A stretch of DNA of 64,000 nt from Saccharofermentans sp. (lineage in GTDB: Bacteria > Bacillota > Clostridia > Saccharofermentanales > Saccharofermentanaceae): positions 29,267 to 93,266 of the forward strand of contig JAIKWA010000090.1 in NCBI GenBank assembly GCA_024685135.1. Reading direction: 5' to 3'. The notes under the pieces were generated by a model. The model had not been told where the DNA came from and did not search any database. It saw only the letters and a list, made by a program, of their open reading frames with translations. Numbering within the stretch: position 1 is the stretch's first letter; the number at the start of each line of letters is the position of its first letter. This document shows positions 38,340 through 47,731 of the stretch, one piece after another. Position numbers and translations under genes: made by a program.

Positions 38340-38368
38340 TTGACAAAAGGGTATGATATTTATATGAT
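38340..38368 (+). promoter_or_regulatory. recA sigma-A promoter
   Basis: TTGACA (38340-38345), 17-nt spacer, TATGAT (38363-38368). Confidence 0.65.
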
Positions 38369-38381
38369 TATTCCATAATAA

Positions 38382-38393
38382 GAACGAATGTTC
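38382..38393 (+). promoter_or_regulatory. LexA operator (Cheo/SOS box)
   Basis: GAACGAATGTTC matches the Gram-positive consensus GAAC-N4-GTTC. It sits between the recA promoter and the RBS. Confidence 0.8.
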
Positions 38394-38414
38394 GAACATT
38401 CAGCGGAGGTTAAC

Positions 38415-39536
38415 ATGGCTAAGAATAAGAATTCATCTAAGGGCGCAGTAACTCAGGTTCAGGATTCTGACGAACGTAAGAAGGCCCTTGATGCCGCAAT
38501 GGCGCAGATAGAGAAGCAGTTCGGTCAGGGCGCCGTCATGAGGATGGGCGATAGGGCAGTTGCCGATATAGATACTATCCCCACAGGAGCTCTTACACTC
38601 GATATCGCATTAGGTATAGGCGGACTTCCCAGAGGAAGGATCATCGAGATATATGGACCTGAATCTTCAGGTAAGACTACTGTAGCGCTTCACTGTGTTG
38701 CCGAAGCTCAGAAGATGGGCGGTACCTGTGCATTTATCGATGCCGAGCATGCCCTTGATGCAGTCTATGCAGGCAATATCGGTGTTGATGTTGATAATCT
38801 CCTCCTCTCACAGCCTGACACAGGTGAGCAGGCTCTTGAGATCTGTGAGACACTCGTTCGAAGCGGATGCATCGATGTAGTCGTTATCGACTCCGTTGCA
38901 GCACTTGTACCGAGAGCCGAGATCGAAGGCGAGATGGGTGATTCCCATGTAGGTCTTCAGGCAAGACTCATGAGCCAGGCATTAAGGAAGCTTGCTCCCG
39001 TAGTATCCAAGTCCAACACTATCTGCATCTTTATCAACCAGCTCCGTGAGAAGGTCGGCATCATGTTCGGTAATCCCGAGACGACACCCGGCGGCCGTGC
39101 TCTTAAGTTCTATGCATCAGTAAGACTTGATGTCAGGAGAGTTGAGGCTCTTAAGAGCGGTACAGATGTTATCGGTAACCACACAAGAGTCAAGATCGTT
39201 AAGAATAAGGTCGCTCCTCCGTTCAAGGAAGCTGAGTTCGATATCCTTTACGGTAAGGGAGTATCTGCTGAAGGCTGCATCTTAGACCTCGCAGTTGAGA
39301 ATAACATCATCGATAAGAGCGGTTCATGGTTTGCTTATAAGGGCAATAAGATCGCTCAGGGCAGAGATGCCGCTAAGACATATCTTGCAGAGAACCCCGA
39401 ATTCAGGAATGAGATCGAGACTTTGGTCAGAGAATCTTATATGCCTGCAGATGACGATGAAGTCTCTGATGTTGCTGTTGCTGATACATCCGACGCATCT
39501 GATTCAGATGACGATATCTTAGGCATCGATGTCTGA
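38415..39536 (+). CDS. recA: Recombinase RecA
   Basis: Start at ATG 38415 after RBS GGAGG. 'GPESSGKTT', 'FIDAEHALD' and 'VVIDSVAAL'; acidic C-terminal tail. Confidence 0.95.
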   Translation: MAKNKNSSKGAVTQVQDSDERKKALDAAMAQIEKQFGQGAVMRMGDRAVADIDTIPTGALTLDIALGIGGLPRGRIIEIYGPESSGKTTVALHCVAEAQKMGGTCAFIDAEHALDAVYAGNIGVDVDNLLLSQPDTGEQALEICETLVRSGCIDVVVIDSVAALVPRAEIEGEMGDSHVGLQARLMSQALRKLAPVVSKSNTICIFINQLREKVGIMFGNPETTPGGRALKFYASVRLDVRRVEALKSGTDVIGNHTRVKIVKNKVAPPFKEAEFDILYGKGVSAEGCILDLAVENNIIDKSGSWFAYKGNKIAQGRDAAKTYLAENPEFRNEIETLVRESYMPADDDEVSDVAVADTSDASDSDDDILGIDV

Positions 39537-39966
39537 TATAGACAGCGCTGTTAATTGCGCGATCAAACATATTGGTATAGCTACTTATTCTTCGGGCAAG
39601 ATCTTTGAGTATCTTGCCCGTAAGGGTTTTGATGAGGATATTTGCAATAAAGCTGTAGCCCATCTCGTATCCACCGGTTATATAGACGACATCAAGGCTT
39701 CAAGGAAGGTCCTGTTTAACAGGTCCGGTAAGAAGCAGGAGAGCAGGAACTATATATATAACAGGCTTATTGCTGCAGGTATTGCTCCGGATTGCGCTGA
39801 CGAGGTCTTATCTACTCTTGATAGTGATGAAGTTACATGTCTTGCCATGATAAAGGCTAACTACGATTCCAAGGAGTCTGTCTCATACGAAGACTGCATT
39901 AAGCTTGCCATTAGAAGAGGCTATACGCTCGAGGTAGCAAGAAGATCATACGATCAGTGGGATTAG
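39529..39966 (+). CDS. recX: RecX-like RecA regulator
   Basis: 145 aa. Overlaps the recA stop by 8 nt. Repeated helical motif with '[27 protein letters not shown]', typical of RecX repeats. Confidence 0.6.
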   Translation: MSDIDSAVNCAIKHIGIATYSSGKIFEYLARKGFDEDICNKAVAHLVSTGYIDDIKASRKVLFNRSGKKQESRNYIYNRLIAAGIAPDCADEVLSTLDSDEVTCLAMIKANYDSKESVSYEDCIKLAIRRGYTLEVARRSYDQWD

Positions 39967-40005
39967 CCGTGGCTCAAATATTTATTTGTGCTATAATGCT
40001 TTGCT

Positions 40006-41352
40006 ATGGATAACAAAGATATAAATATAACTCTTATAGCACTGGGTTGTTCCAAGAACCTCGTAGACTGTGAATGTATGTCTACGATCTTAAGAGACAG
40101 CGGATATAACGTAATTAACGATGTCCCTGCTTCTGATATCGTTGTTATCAATACATGCGGCTTTATCGAGTCAGCCAAGAGCGAAGCTATCAGCACTATC
40201 CTCGACTGTGCTGAATATAAGACTGCGGGAAGGCTCAAGTATCTTGTCGTAACAGGTTGCTTATCCCAGAGATATTCTGCTGATGTCTTAAATGAGATGC
40301 CTGAAGTTGATGCAGTTTTGGGAACAGGTCACTATCAGGATATAGCAGATGTAATATCTGATCTTTTATCCGGCAAGAAGGGCATCAACGATACTTCCGG
40401 AAGACCCGGCGGACTTGCACATATGTTAGTGTCAAGAGATATATCGACTTCGAGCTATGCATGGCTCAAGATCGGTGAGGGCTGCCTTCACAGATGCGCC
40501 TTCTGCGCTATCCCTTTGATCAGAGGAACTTTTATATCCCGTCCTTTTGAAGATATCTTAGCTGAAGCGAGAGATATTGCTTCCAAGGGATATAAGGAGA
40601 TAATACTCGCAGCTCAGGATACTACTAATTACGGTATAGATCTTTATAAGAAGAGAAGACTCGCAGAGCTTTTGCGTGAGTTGTCTTCCATTCCCGGGAT
40701 CGAGATCATCCGCGTTATGTACGGTTATATGGACGGCATCGATGATGAGCTCATAAGTGAGATCGCTTCCAACCCCAAGGTTGCTTCGTATCTTGATATC
40801 CCGATCCAGCACGGCTCTGATAAGATCCTTAAGTCCATGTTCAGGAAGGATAATGTAGAGCTCATTACTGACAGACTTAATAAGATCAGGGCAATGATAC
40901 CTGATGTTATCGTAAGGACTACCGTCATGGTAGGATTTCCGGGAGAGACCGAAGAAGACTTTGAAGAGCTTAAGTCAAACCTTGCTAAATGGCAGTTTGA
41001 CAGGCTCGGATGCTTTATCTTTTCGCCCGAGGAGGGCACGAAGGCATTTGATATGCCGGATCAGGTACCCGAAGACGTTAAGCAGAGAAGATATGAAGAG
41101 ATCTATGCTCTTGCAGAAGAAATTTCAGCTCAGCGCGTAAAAGCACGTCTCGGATCTGAGATTAGTGTTATTATTGATGAGGTTTCCGATGACGGCATAT
41201 TCTATGTCGGCAGGAGTTACGGAGAATCTCCCGAGGTCGACCCCAGGGTCTATGTGGCTGCGACCGAAGGCGAGCTTAATATCGGAGACATAGTTAAGGT
41301 TAAGATCGTCGATTGTACAGACGAATATGATATGACAGGAGTTACAATATGA
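40006..41352 (+). CDS. rimO: Ribosomal protein S12 methylthiotransferase RimO
   Basis: 448 aa. N-terminal 'LGCSKNLVDCE...VINTCGFI', radical-SAM 'CLHRCAFCAIP', and a C-terminal TRAM domain. Confidence 0.8.
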   Translation: MDNKDINITLIALGCSKNLVDCECMSTILRDSGYNVINDVPASDIVVINTCGFIESAKSEAISTILDCAEYKTAGRLKYLVVTGCLSQRYSADVLNEMPEVDAVLGTGHYQDIADVISDLLSGKKGINDTSGRPGGLAHMLVSRDISTSSYAWLKIGEGCLHRCAFCAIPLIRGTFISRPFEDILAEARDIASKGYKEIILAAQDTTNYGIDLYKKRRLAELLRELSSIPGIEIIRVMYGYMDGIDDELISEIASNPKVASYLDIPIQHGSDKILKSMFRKDNVELITDRLNKIRAMIPDVIVRTTVMVGFPGETEEDFEELKSNLAKWQFDRLGCFIFSPEEGTKAFDMPDQVPEDVKQRRYEEIYALAEEISAQRVKARLGSEISVIIDEVSDDGIFYVGRSYGESPEVDPRVYVAATEGELNIGDIVKVKIVDCTDEYDMTGVTI

Positions 41353-41966
41353 ACCTTCCAAACAAATTATCGCTTTTGAGGATAATCCTTGTTCCTTTTA
41401 CATTGCTGTTTATGCTTCCTATCAGCATCTACGGCTTTGAGCCTGAGGGCTGGAACAACTTCATCAACACCAACGGAATGCTCGTTGCAGCAGCTATCTT
41501 TATCGTAGCTTCGCTCACTGATTATTTCGACGGACAGATCGCAAGAAAGCAGAATCTCATAACGGACCTCGGTAAGTTCCTTGACGCTCTTGCAGATAAG
41601 ATACTCGTAATCAGCATCCTTCTCGGCTTCATCGCTTTAGGCAGAGTTTCCGCCTGGCTTGTAATGATAATCATCTTAAGAGAGTTTGCTGTATCCGGTC
41701 TCCGTATGATCGCAGCATCCAAGGGCGAGGTCATCGCAGCAAGGATGATAGGTAAGGCTAAGACCGTTACTCAGATGATCGCTATCATCTATCTGATGTT
41801 CGAGCCCCTTATCCTTAAGATCACAGGCCTCGGATTTGAGGGCTATCCCGTATCCGTAAATGCCGTAACAGTAATAGGTGACGTGCTCTTATATATCTGT
41901 GTTATCATGACACTTATATCCGGTATCGATTACCTTATTAAGGGCAAAGCATACTTAAAAGGATGA
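41349..41966 (+). CDS. pgsA: CDP-diacylglycerol--glycerol-3-phosphate 3-phosphatidyltransferase
   Basis: 205 aa. CDP-alcohol phosphatidyltransferase motif 'DYFDGQIARKQNLITDLGKFLDALADK'. Confidence 0.85.
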   Translation: MNLPNKLSLLRIILVPFTLLFMLPISIYGFEPEGWNNFINTNGMLVAAAIFIVASLTDYFDGQIARKQNLITDLGKFLDALADKILVISILLGFIALGRVSAWLVMIIILREFAVSGLRMIAASKGEVIAARMIGKAKTVTQMIAIIYLMFEPLILKITGLGFEGYPVSVNAVTVIGDVLLYICVIMTLISGIDYLIKGKAYLKG

Positions 41967-42062
41967 AAAAAACTTTGATTTTCAAAATAACCTATTGACA
42001 AAATCGAAGTATTACATTAAAAACAGGTTGTAGATTGCAAAATCCTACGGAGGTATTTATTT

Positions 42063-42308
42063 ATGAAAAACGAAGAACTTTTTAACAGCATCAAGCAGAT
42101 GATCGTAGATCAGCTCGGCGTAGACGAAGAGACAATCACTGAGGATTCTTCTTTTGTTGATGATCTTAACGCTGACTCTCTCGACATGGTTGAGCTCGTT
42201 ATGGCAATGGAGCAGGAATTCGACATCGAGATCCCTGATGATGTTGCTGAGAAGGTTGTTACTGTTAAGGACGCTGTTGATTATATCGCAACACTTACAG
42301 AGAATTGA
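42063..42308 (+). CDS. acpP: Acyl carrier protein
   Basis: 81 aa. Phosphopantetheine attachment site '[17 protein letters not shown]'. RBS GGAGG is upstream. Confidence 0.9.
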   Translation: MKNEELFNSIKQMIVDQLGVDEETITEDSSFVDDLNADSLDMVELVMAMEQEFDIEIPDDVAEKVVTVKDAVDYIATLTEN

Positions 42309-42340
42309 TCTCGGCAAGCTTGATTAAGTAAAGTAAGCTG

Positions 42341-42370
42341 CGGCTGAATGTGTGTATGCATGCGTTCAGC
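42341..42370 (+). terminator. Hairpin after acpP (terminator or attenuator before rnc)
   Basis: CGGCTGAATG...CGTTCAGCCG, a 10-bp stem (1 G-U pair), followed by TAATTTAATTT. Confidence 0.45.
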
Positions 42371-42389
42371 CGTAATTTAATTTAAGACA

Positions 42390-43103
42390 ATGCAAGATTA
42401 TTCTGTTTTCGAGCAAAAGCTCGGATATGTATTTAAGGATAAGAGCCTTCTTGAGACGGCTTTTACTCATACGACTTATGTCTTTGAACATGGCGGCGGT
42501 CACTTCGAATCCAACCAGAGGCTGGAGTTTATAGGTGATGCCGTTATCGATCTGGTCGTAGGAGAGAAGCTTTACGCGTTAGCTCCCCGGGAAGGCGAAG
42601 GTTATCTTTCAAAGATGCGCGCTATCTCAGTCTGCGAGCAGTCTTTTGCAGAGGTTGCAAGAAGTCTCGGCATGGGAGACTATCTGCTTCTTGGCAAGGG
42701 CGAAGCTCAGAGCGGCGGCGCAGACAAGGATTCGACTCTTGCAGATTGCTTCGAAGCGGTCATAGCAGCGGTATATTTTGACGGCGGCTTCGAAGTTGCC
42801 CGCGATTGTATCTTGAACAATCTTTCCGGCACGATCAATAAGGCGGTAAACGGCGAGATTTTCCTGGATTACAAGAGCAGACTCTTAGAGCTTGCACAGA
42901 TGAGGCAGGATAGGCATGTTATCCGTTTTGCAGTTACGGATGAGAGAGGACCTGCCCACCAAAGAGAATTTGAAGTCGAAGTTTATTGCGACGACGAGCC
43001 TTTGGCCAGGGCCACAGGGCATTCCAAGAAGGATGCCGAGCAGAAGGCCGCTCGTCTGGCAACTTCGGTTTACGAGAATCGTTTCCCTCACAAAAACCTG
43101 TGA
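42390..43103 (+). CDS. rnc: Ribonuclease III
   Basis: 237 aa. RNase III signature 'NQRLEFIGDAV' plus a C-terminal dsRBD. Confidence 0.9.
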   Translation: MQDYSVFEQKLGYVFKDKSLLETAFTHTTYVFEHGGGHFESNQRLEFIGDAVIDLVVGEKLYALAPREGEGYLSKMRAISVCEQSFAEVARSLGMGDYLLLGKGEAQSGGADKDSTLADCFEAVIAAVYFDGGFEVARDCILNNLSGTINKAVNGEIFLDYKSRLLELAQMRQDRHVIRFAVTDERGPAHQREFEVEVYCDDEPLARATGHSKKDAEQKAARLATSVYENRFPHKNL

Positions 43104-43117
43104 TATAATAAATCGTT

Positions 43118-46100
43118 ATGTATCTGAAGAAATTGGAAATGCAGGGATTCAAATCCTTCCCTGAATATACTTCACTTGAGTTCGACAAGGGTATGACTGC
43201 CGTTGTCGGACCTAACGGCAGTGGTAAATCCAATGTAACTGATGCAGTAAGATGGGTATTAGGTGAGCAGAGCGTTAAGTCTTTGCGTGGCGGTAAGATG
43301 GAAGATGTCATCTTCAGCGGTACCGCTACCCGTAAGGCAATGAACTATGCGGAAGTTACTATCACCTTCGATAACTCTACCCACTTCTTAAATTACGATT
43401 TCCCTGAGATCCAGGTTACAAGAAGACTCTATAGATCCGGAGAGTCCGAATATCAGATCAATAAAGTCAATTGCAGACTTAAGGATGTAACCCAGTTGTT
43501 CCTCGATACAGGTCTTGGTAAGGACGGTTATTCCATCGTAGGACAGGGCAGAGTAGGAGATATCCTCTCTACAAAGTCTGAAGACCGAAGGAAGGTCATT
43601 GAGGAAGCATCCGGTATCGTTAAATACAAGATCAGGAAGGAAGAGGCTGAGCGCAAGCTCAAGTCCACGGACGATAATCTCGTAAGGATCAACGATATCT
43701 TAGGAGAATTAGAGGACCGCAAGGGTCCTCTCGAAGAGCAGTCCATAAAGGCCAGGGAATACCACAAGGCTTACGATGAGATGAGGCAGTCCGAGATCGA
43801 TCTGTTAGTCCACAGGATCACTGAGGCAACTAATGCCATAGGCGATTCCGCGAGTGTCAAAGACCAGCTCGAGAAGGAGATCAAGGAGCAGGAAGACAGA
43901 TACTTAGAACTCAGGAAATCCAATCAAGAGATCTTAAACAGGAGCGAAGCTCTTGAAGGCGATATCGAAGATAACAGACAGCTCTTATCTGACCTTACAG
44001 AGAAGGAGCACGACCTTCTTACCGAGAAGAAACTCTCCTTTGAGCGACAGAATCAGACGCAGCAGAAGATAACTGCCGGTGAAGCAGAGATCGCCCTTTT
44101 GGAAGAGCAGAAGGCTGAACTCGAAGCTGATATGGCAACTAAGAAGCAAAAGAGTGATGAAGTCCTCAGACAGGCCGATGAATTCAAGAAGCTTGCTGAC
44201 GATCTGTCTTTGCAAAAAGAAGAGATCACAAAGCAGTTCGAGCAGACCGAGAAGGACAGATCTAAGCTTAATTCCGATGTACAGGGCATAACTGATAAGC
44301 TCTACGAAGCAAGGAATAAGAAGGTAGAAGCTTCTGCCAAGGTTGAATCTCTTGAATCCAAGATAAGGGAATTGCAGGAGCAGATCGCTTCAGGCAAGGA
44401 TTCTGCCAAAGAGCTTGAAGAAGAGCTTGCTGCCAAAGACGCTGCATGGCACGACATGGCAGCTAAGAAGAATGAAGTCCTGTCTGATATCGACAAGCGC
44501 AATACCAAGCTCGAAGAAGCAAGAGGCAAGCAGGTAAAGCTCAATCAGGCCTTCGATACAAATAACAGAGAACTCCTGTCTCAGGAATCCAAGCTCAGGA
44601 CACTCAAAGACCTGGAGCGCCGTAAGGCCGGATATGCAGAGTCTGTTCAAAGGCTCCTTTCTGCTGCAGAAGACGATAAGAGTACTTCATCCAAGATCTA
44701 TGGCGTGCTAGGCGATCTTATCAACACGGATACCAAGTATCAGACGGCTATCGAGATCGCTTTAGGCAATGCTATACACAATGTCGTAACAAGAACGGAA
44801 GAGGATGCTTCTGACCTTATCGATGTCCTCAAGCAAAAGAGGCTCGGCCGTGTTACGTTCCTTCCTATCGAGAATATCGGTCCCCGTTATATAGATGAGG
44901 ACTTCTTGAGATATGCAAGCGGTGATCCCGGCTTTATCGGCATCGCATCCGATCTCGTTAAGTGCGATAAAAAGCTTAAGGATATTATCTCTAATCTCTT
45001 AGGCAAGATAATCGTATCTGACGACCTCGATTCCGCAAGAAGGATCGCATCCAAGGTCAAGCATAAGGTCAAGGTAATATCTCTTGCAGGTGACTCCGTT
45101 AACCCCGGCGGTTCTCTTACAGGCGGTAGCGTTAAGAAGGATGGCGTAGGGATCTTAGGAAGAGCATCCGAGATCACCAGACTCGAAGAATCTGTAGCAA
45201 AGCTCGATGCAAAACTCTCTGAATCCGAGTCCCAAAGGCAGGAAGTTGACGATACGATAGGAACTCTTAAGAGAGAGCTTGCTATGCTCGGTGAGCAGCT
45301 CAAGTTCTTCCAGCTTGAAGAAGTCAAGGCTGAATCAGAGTACCGCAATATAGAGACTAAGCTCAAGGAAGTATCTGAGAGCAGGACTTCCGTTGAGGAG
45401 AACATCAATACATGCTCCAAGGATAAGATCAGGCTTGAAGAAGACATAGACGAACTCACGAGGATCGAAGAGGAGATCGCAGATCAGCTCGAGGAATACC
45501 GTGAGAGCATCGAGGAAGGCGATGTAGCTCTTAAGGAGTTCAACGCAAAGATCGACAAGATCCGTCAGCAGATAAATGACGCTGTATCTTCTGCGGAGCG
45601 TAAGATAGCTGAACGCAACGGTATATTAGAGCTTGCTAAGCATATCCAGGGTCAGATCGAAGGTTGCGATTCATCCATTAAGGACAGACTCTCAGATATC
45701 GAAGAGAATAAGACAGTATCAGCAAACCTCGGCAAAGAGGTTGTTAGCTACGATAAGCAGCTTGCTGAGGTCGAGAAGGAAGAGCAGGTATACGAAGAAA
45801 AGATAGCTGCTCTTACAAAGGAGCGTGAGGAAGTAAGCTCAAAGATCGCTTCCTTCAGCGACAGACTCGCGTCGAGCTCTGATGCCATAAATGCTCTCCA
45901 GACCAAGCTCAATAACCTTACAGCTAAGTACGACAAGTACTTTGCTGAGATTGATACGGATAAGAACAAGCTTTGGGAAGACTACGAAGTCACATACGAC
46001 AATGTTAAGGATTCCTGCAACCCGGTCGAGAAGCCCGGCGAGCAGCAAAAGCGCATACAGACTCTCAAGAACAAGATCAAGCAGCTGGGTCCTGTTAACC

Positions 46101-46675
46101 TTAATTCCATAGAGGAGTTTAAGGAACTGTCTGAGAGGCTCGAATTCATGTCCGGTCAAAGAGACGATATCCTTGCTGCCAAGAAGGATCTCGAGAAGGT
46201 TATTAACGAACTCTTAGGTGAGATGAAGACTCAGTTGGTCGAGCACTTCGAGACCATCAATAACAACTTTAAGGAAGTATTTGCCAACCTCTTCGGCGGT
46301 GGTACTTGTGAACTTTGCTTTGAGAACGACGATGTGCTTAACTGCGCTATCGAGATCAAGGCTCAGCCCCCGGGAAAGAAGCTTCAGAATCTGTTGCTCC
46401 TCTCCGGTGGTGAGAGATGTCTTACTGCCATAGCCTTGCTCTTTGCTATCCTGCAGCTCAAGCCTTCACCGTTCGTTATCTTGGACGAGGTCGATGCGGC
46501 ATTGGACGATGTCAACGTATCCACATATGCTGACTTCGTTCGCAGATACAGCGTCAAGTCACAGTTCATCATCGTTACTCACCGTAAGGGTACGATGGAA
46601 GCCTGCGATCAGATGTACGGTGTTACCATGGCTGAGCGAGGCGTTTCAAAGATACTTTCAATGGAGCTTAGATAA
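43118..46675 (+). CDS. smc: Chromosome segregation protein SMC
   Basis: 1185 aa. Walker A 'GPNGSGKSN', long coiled coils, hinge, 'LSGGE', and Walker B 'FVILDEVDAALD'. Confidence 0.95.
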   Translation: MYLKKLEMQGFKSFPEYTSLEFDKGMTAVVGPNGSGKSNVTDAVRWVLGEQSVKSLRGGKMEDVIFSGTATRKAMNYAEVTITFDNSTHFLNYDFPEIQVTRRLYRSGESEYQINKVNCRLKDVTQLFLDTGLGKDGYSIVGQGRVGDILSTKSEDRRKVIEEASGIVKYKIRKEEAERKLKSTDDNLVRINDILGELEDRKGPLEEQSIKAREYHKAYDEMRQSEIDLLVHRITEATNAIGDSASVKDQLEKEIKEQEDRYLELRKSNQEILNRSEALEGDIEDNRQLLSDLTEKEHDLLTEKKLSFERQNQTQQKITAGEAEIALLEEQKAELEADMATKKQKSDEVLRQADEFKKLADDLSLQKEEITKQFEQTEKDRSKLNSDVQGITDKLYEARNKKVEASAKVESLESKIRELQEQIASGKDSAKELEEELAAKDAAWHDMAAKKNEVLSDIDKRNTKLEEARGKQVKLNQAFDTNNRELLSQESKLRTLKDLERRKAGYAESVQRLLSAAEDDKSTSSKIYGVLGDLINTDTKYQTAIEIALGNAIHNVVTRTEEDASDLIDVLKQKRLGRVTFLPIENIGPRYIDEDFLRYASGDPGFIGIASDLVKCDKKLKDIISNLLGKIIVSDDLDSARRIASKVKHKVKVISLAGDSVNPGGSLTGGSVKKDGVGILGRASEITRLEESVAKLDAKLSESESQRQEVDDTIGTLKRELAMLGEQLKFFQLEEVKAESEYRNIETKLKEVSESRTSVEENINTCSKDKIRLEEDIDELTRIEEEIADQLEEYRESIEEGDVALKEFNAKIDKIRQQINDAVSSAERKIAERNGILELAKHIQGQIEGCDSSIKDRLSDIEENKTVSANLGKEVVSYDKQLAEVEKEEQVYEEKIAALTKEREEVSSKIASFSDRLASSSDAINALQTKLNNLTAKYDKYFAEIDTDKNKLWEDYEVTYDNVKDSCNPVEKPGEQQKRIQTLKNKIKQLGPVNLNSIEEFKELSERLEFMSGQRDDILAAKKDLEKVINELLGEMKTQLVEHFETINNNFKEVFANLFGGGTCELCFENDDVLNCAIEIKAQPPGKKLQNLLLLSGGERCLTAIALLFAILQLKPSPFVILDEVDAALDDVNVSTYADFVRRYSVKSQFIIVTHRKGTMEACDQMYGVTMAERGVSKILSMELR

Positions 46676-47589
46676 TGGGATTATTTGACGCATTCAAAAG
46701 AGGACTTGAGAATACACGTAAGTTCTTCGGCAACGGTTTTACAAAGATCGCTGCAGGTACCGGTCATTTCGACGACGATATGTTAGATGAGCTTGAAGAG
46801 CTCATGGTTAGAGCCGACTGCGGTGTTCCCGCAAGTGTCGACATAATAGAGCACGTCAAATCTGATATCAAGAAGACCGGTGACGACAGCAGGGAAGCTG
46901 TATTAGCTTCCGTTACCACCCGTATGTGCGAGATCTTAGGAGACAAGCAGGTAATAGAACTTGAAGACGGCAAGCTCAACATCCTCATAATGGTCGGCGT
47001 TAACGGTACAGGTAAGACTACGACGGCAGGTAAGCTCGCTTTAAGATACAAGAAGGAAGGCAAGAAGGTCATCCTCGCTGCAGCAGATACTTTCAGAGCA
47101 GCAGCAGTTGAGCAGCTCAAGGCTTGGGGTGAGAAGACCTCTACAACTGTCATATCCCAGGGCTCGGACGGAGCAGATCCTGCAGCTGTTGTTTTCGATG
47201 CCGTACATGCTGCTGTTGCAAGGAAGGCAGACCTTCTTATCGTCGATACTGCAGGAAGACTCCACAACAAGAAGAATCTCATGGACGAGCTGTCAAAGAT
47301 CTACAGGATAATCGGCAGGGAAGCGCCCGATGCTTCGATTAAGTCTCTTCTCATAATAGATTCCACGACAGGCCAGAATGCCGTCATCCAGGCAGAGAGC
47401 TTCGGTGAGGCAGTTGACCTCGATTATATCGGCATAACAAAGCTCGACGGAAGCGCTAAGGGAGGCGTTGCGATCGCAACTGCATATGTCTCTCACAAAC
47501 CCATCGTTCTTGCGGGTTTGGGAGAGAGCGCAGAAGATCTCGTTGACTTCGATCCGGAGTATTTTGTTAAGTCTCTCATAGAAGAGTAA
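46675..47589 (+). CDS. ftsY: Signal recognition particle receptor FtsY
   Basis: 304 aa. 'GVNGTGKTTT', 'DTAGR' and 'TKLDG' SRP-GTPase motifs. Confidence 0.9.
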   Translation: MGLFDAFKRGLENTRKFFGNGFTKIAAGTGHFDDDMLDELEELMVRADCGVPASVDIIEHVKSDIKKTGDDSREAVLASVTTRMCEILGDKQVIELEDGKLNILIMVGVNGTGKTTTAGKLALRYKKEGKKVILAAADTFRAAAVEQLKAWGEKTSTTVISQGSDGADPAAVVFDAVHAAVARKADLLIVDTAGRLHNKKNLMDELSKIYRIIGREAPDASIKSLLIIDSTTGQNAVIQAESFGEAVDLDYIGITKLDGSAKGGVAIATAYVSHKPIVLAGLGESAEDLVDFDPEYFVKSLIEE

Positions 47590-47651
47590 ACTGCTTATTT
47601 TCTTTTGCTTTACAAGTTAATAATTTTTACCTCCGACAATAAATATTTTGA

Positions 47652-47680
47652 TTGCCAAACAATTGCATTATGGTTATAAT
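47652..47680 (+). promoter_or_regulatory. Candidate sigma-A promoter of hppA
   Basis: TTGCCA (47652-47657), 17-nt spacer, TATAAT (47675-47680). Confidence 0.55.
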
Positions 47681-47731
47681 CTCAATGTTTGTGCAAAATT
47701 AATTTTATTAATAAAGGAGGAGGGACCAATT

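Noticed and set aside
44887-45459. 190-aa Ser-rich ORF, and other antisense ORFs, inside smc
   Set aside because: The coiled-coil region's codon bias (GAA/GAG/AAG) yields open Ser/Leu/Phe-rich antisense frames. There is no independent support.
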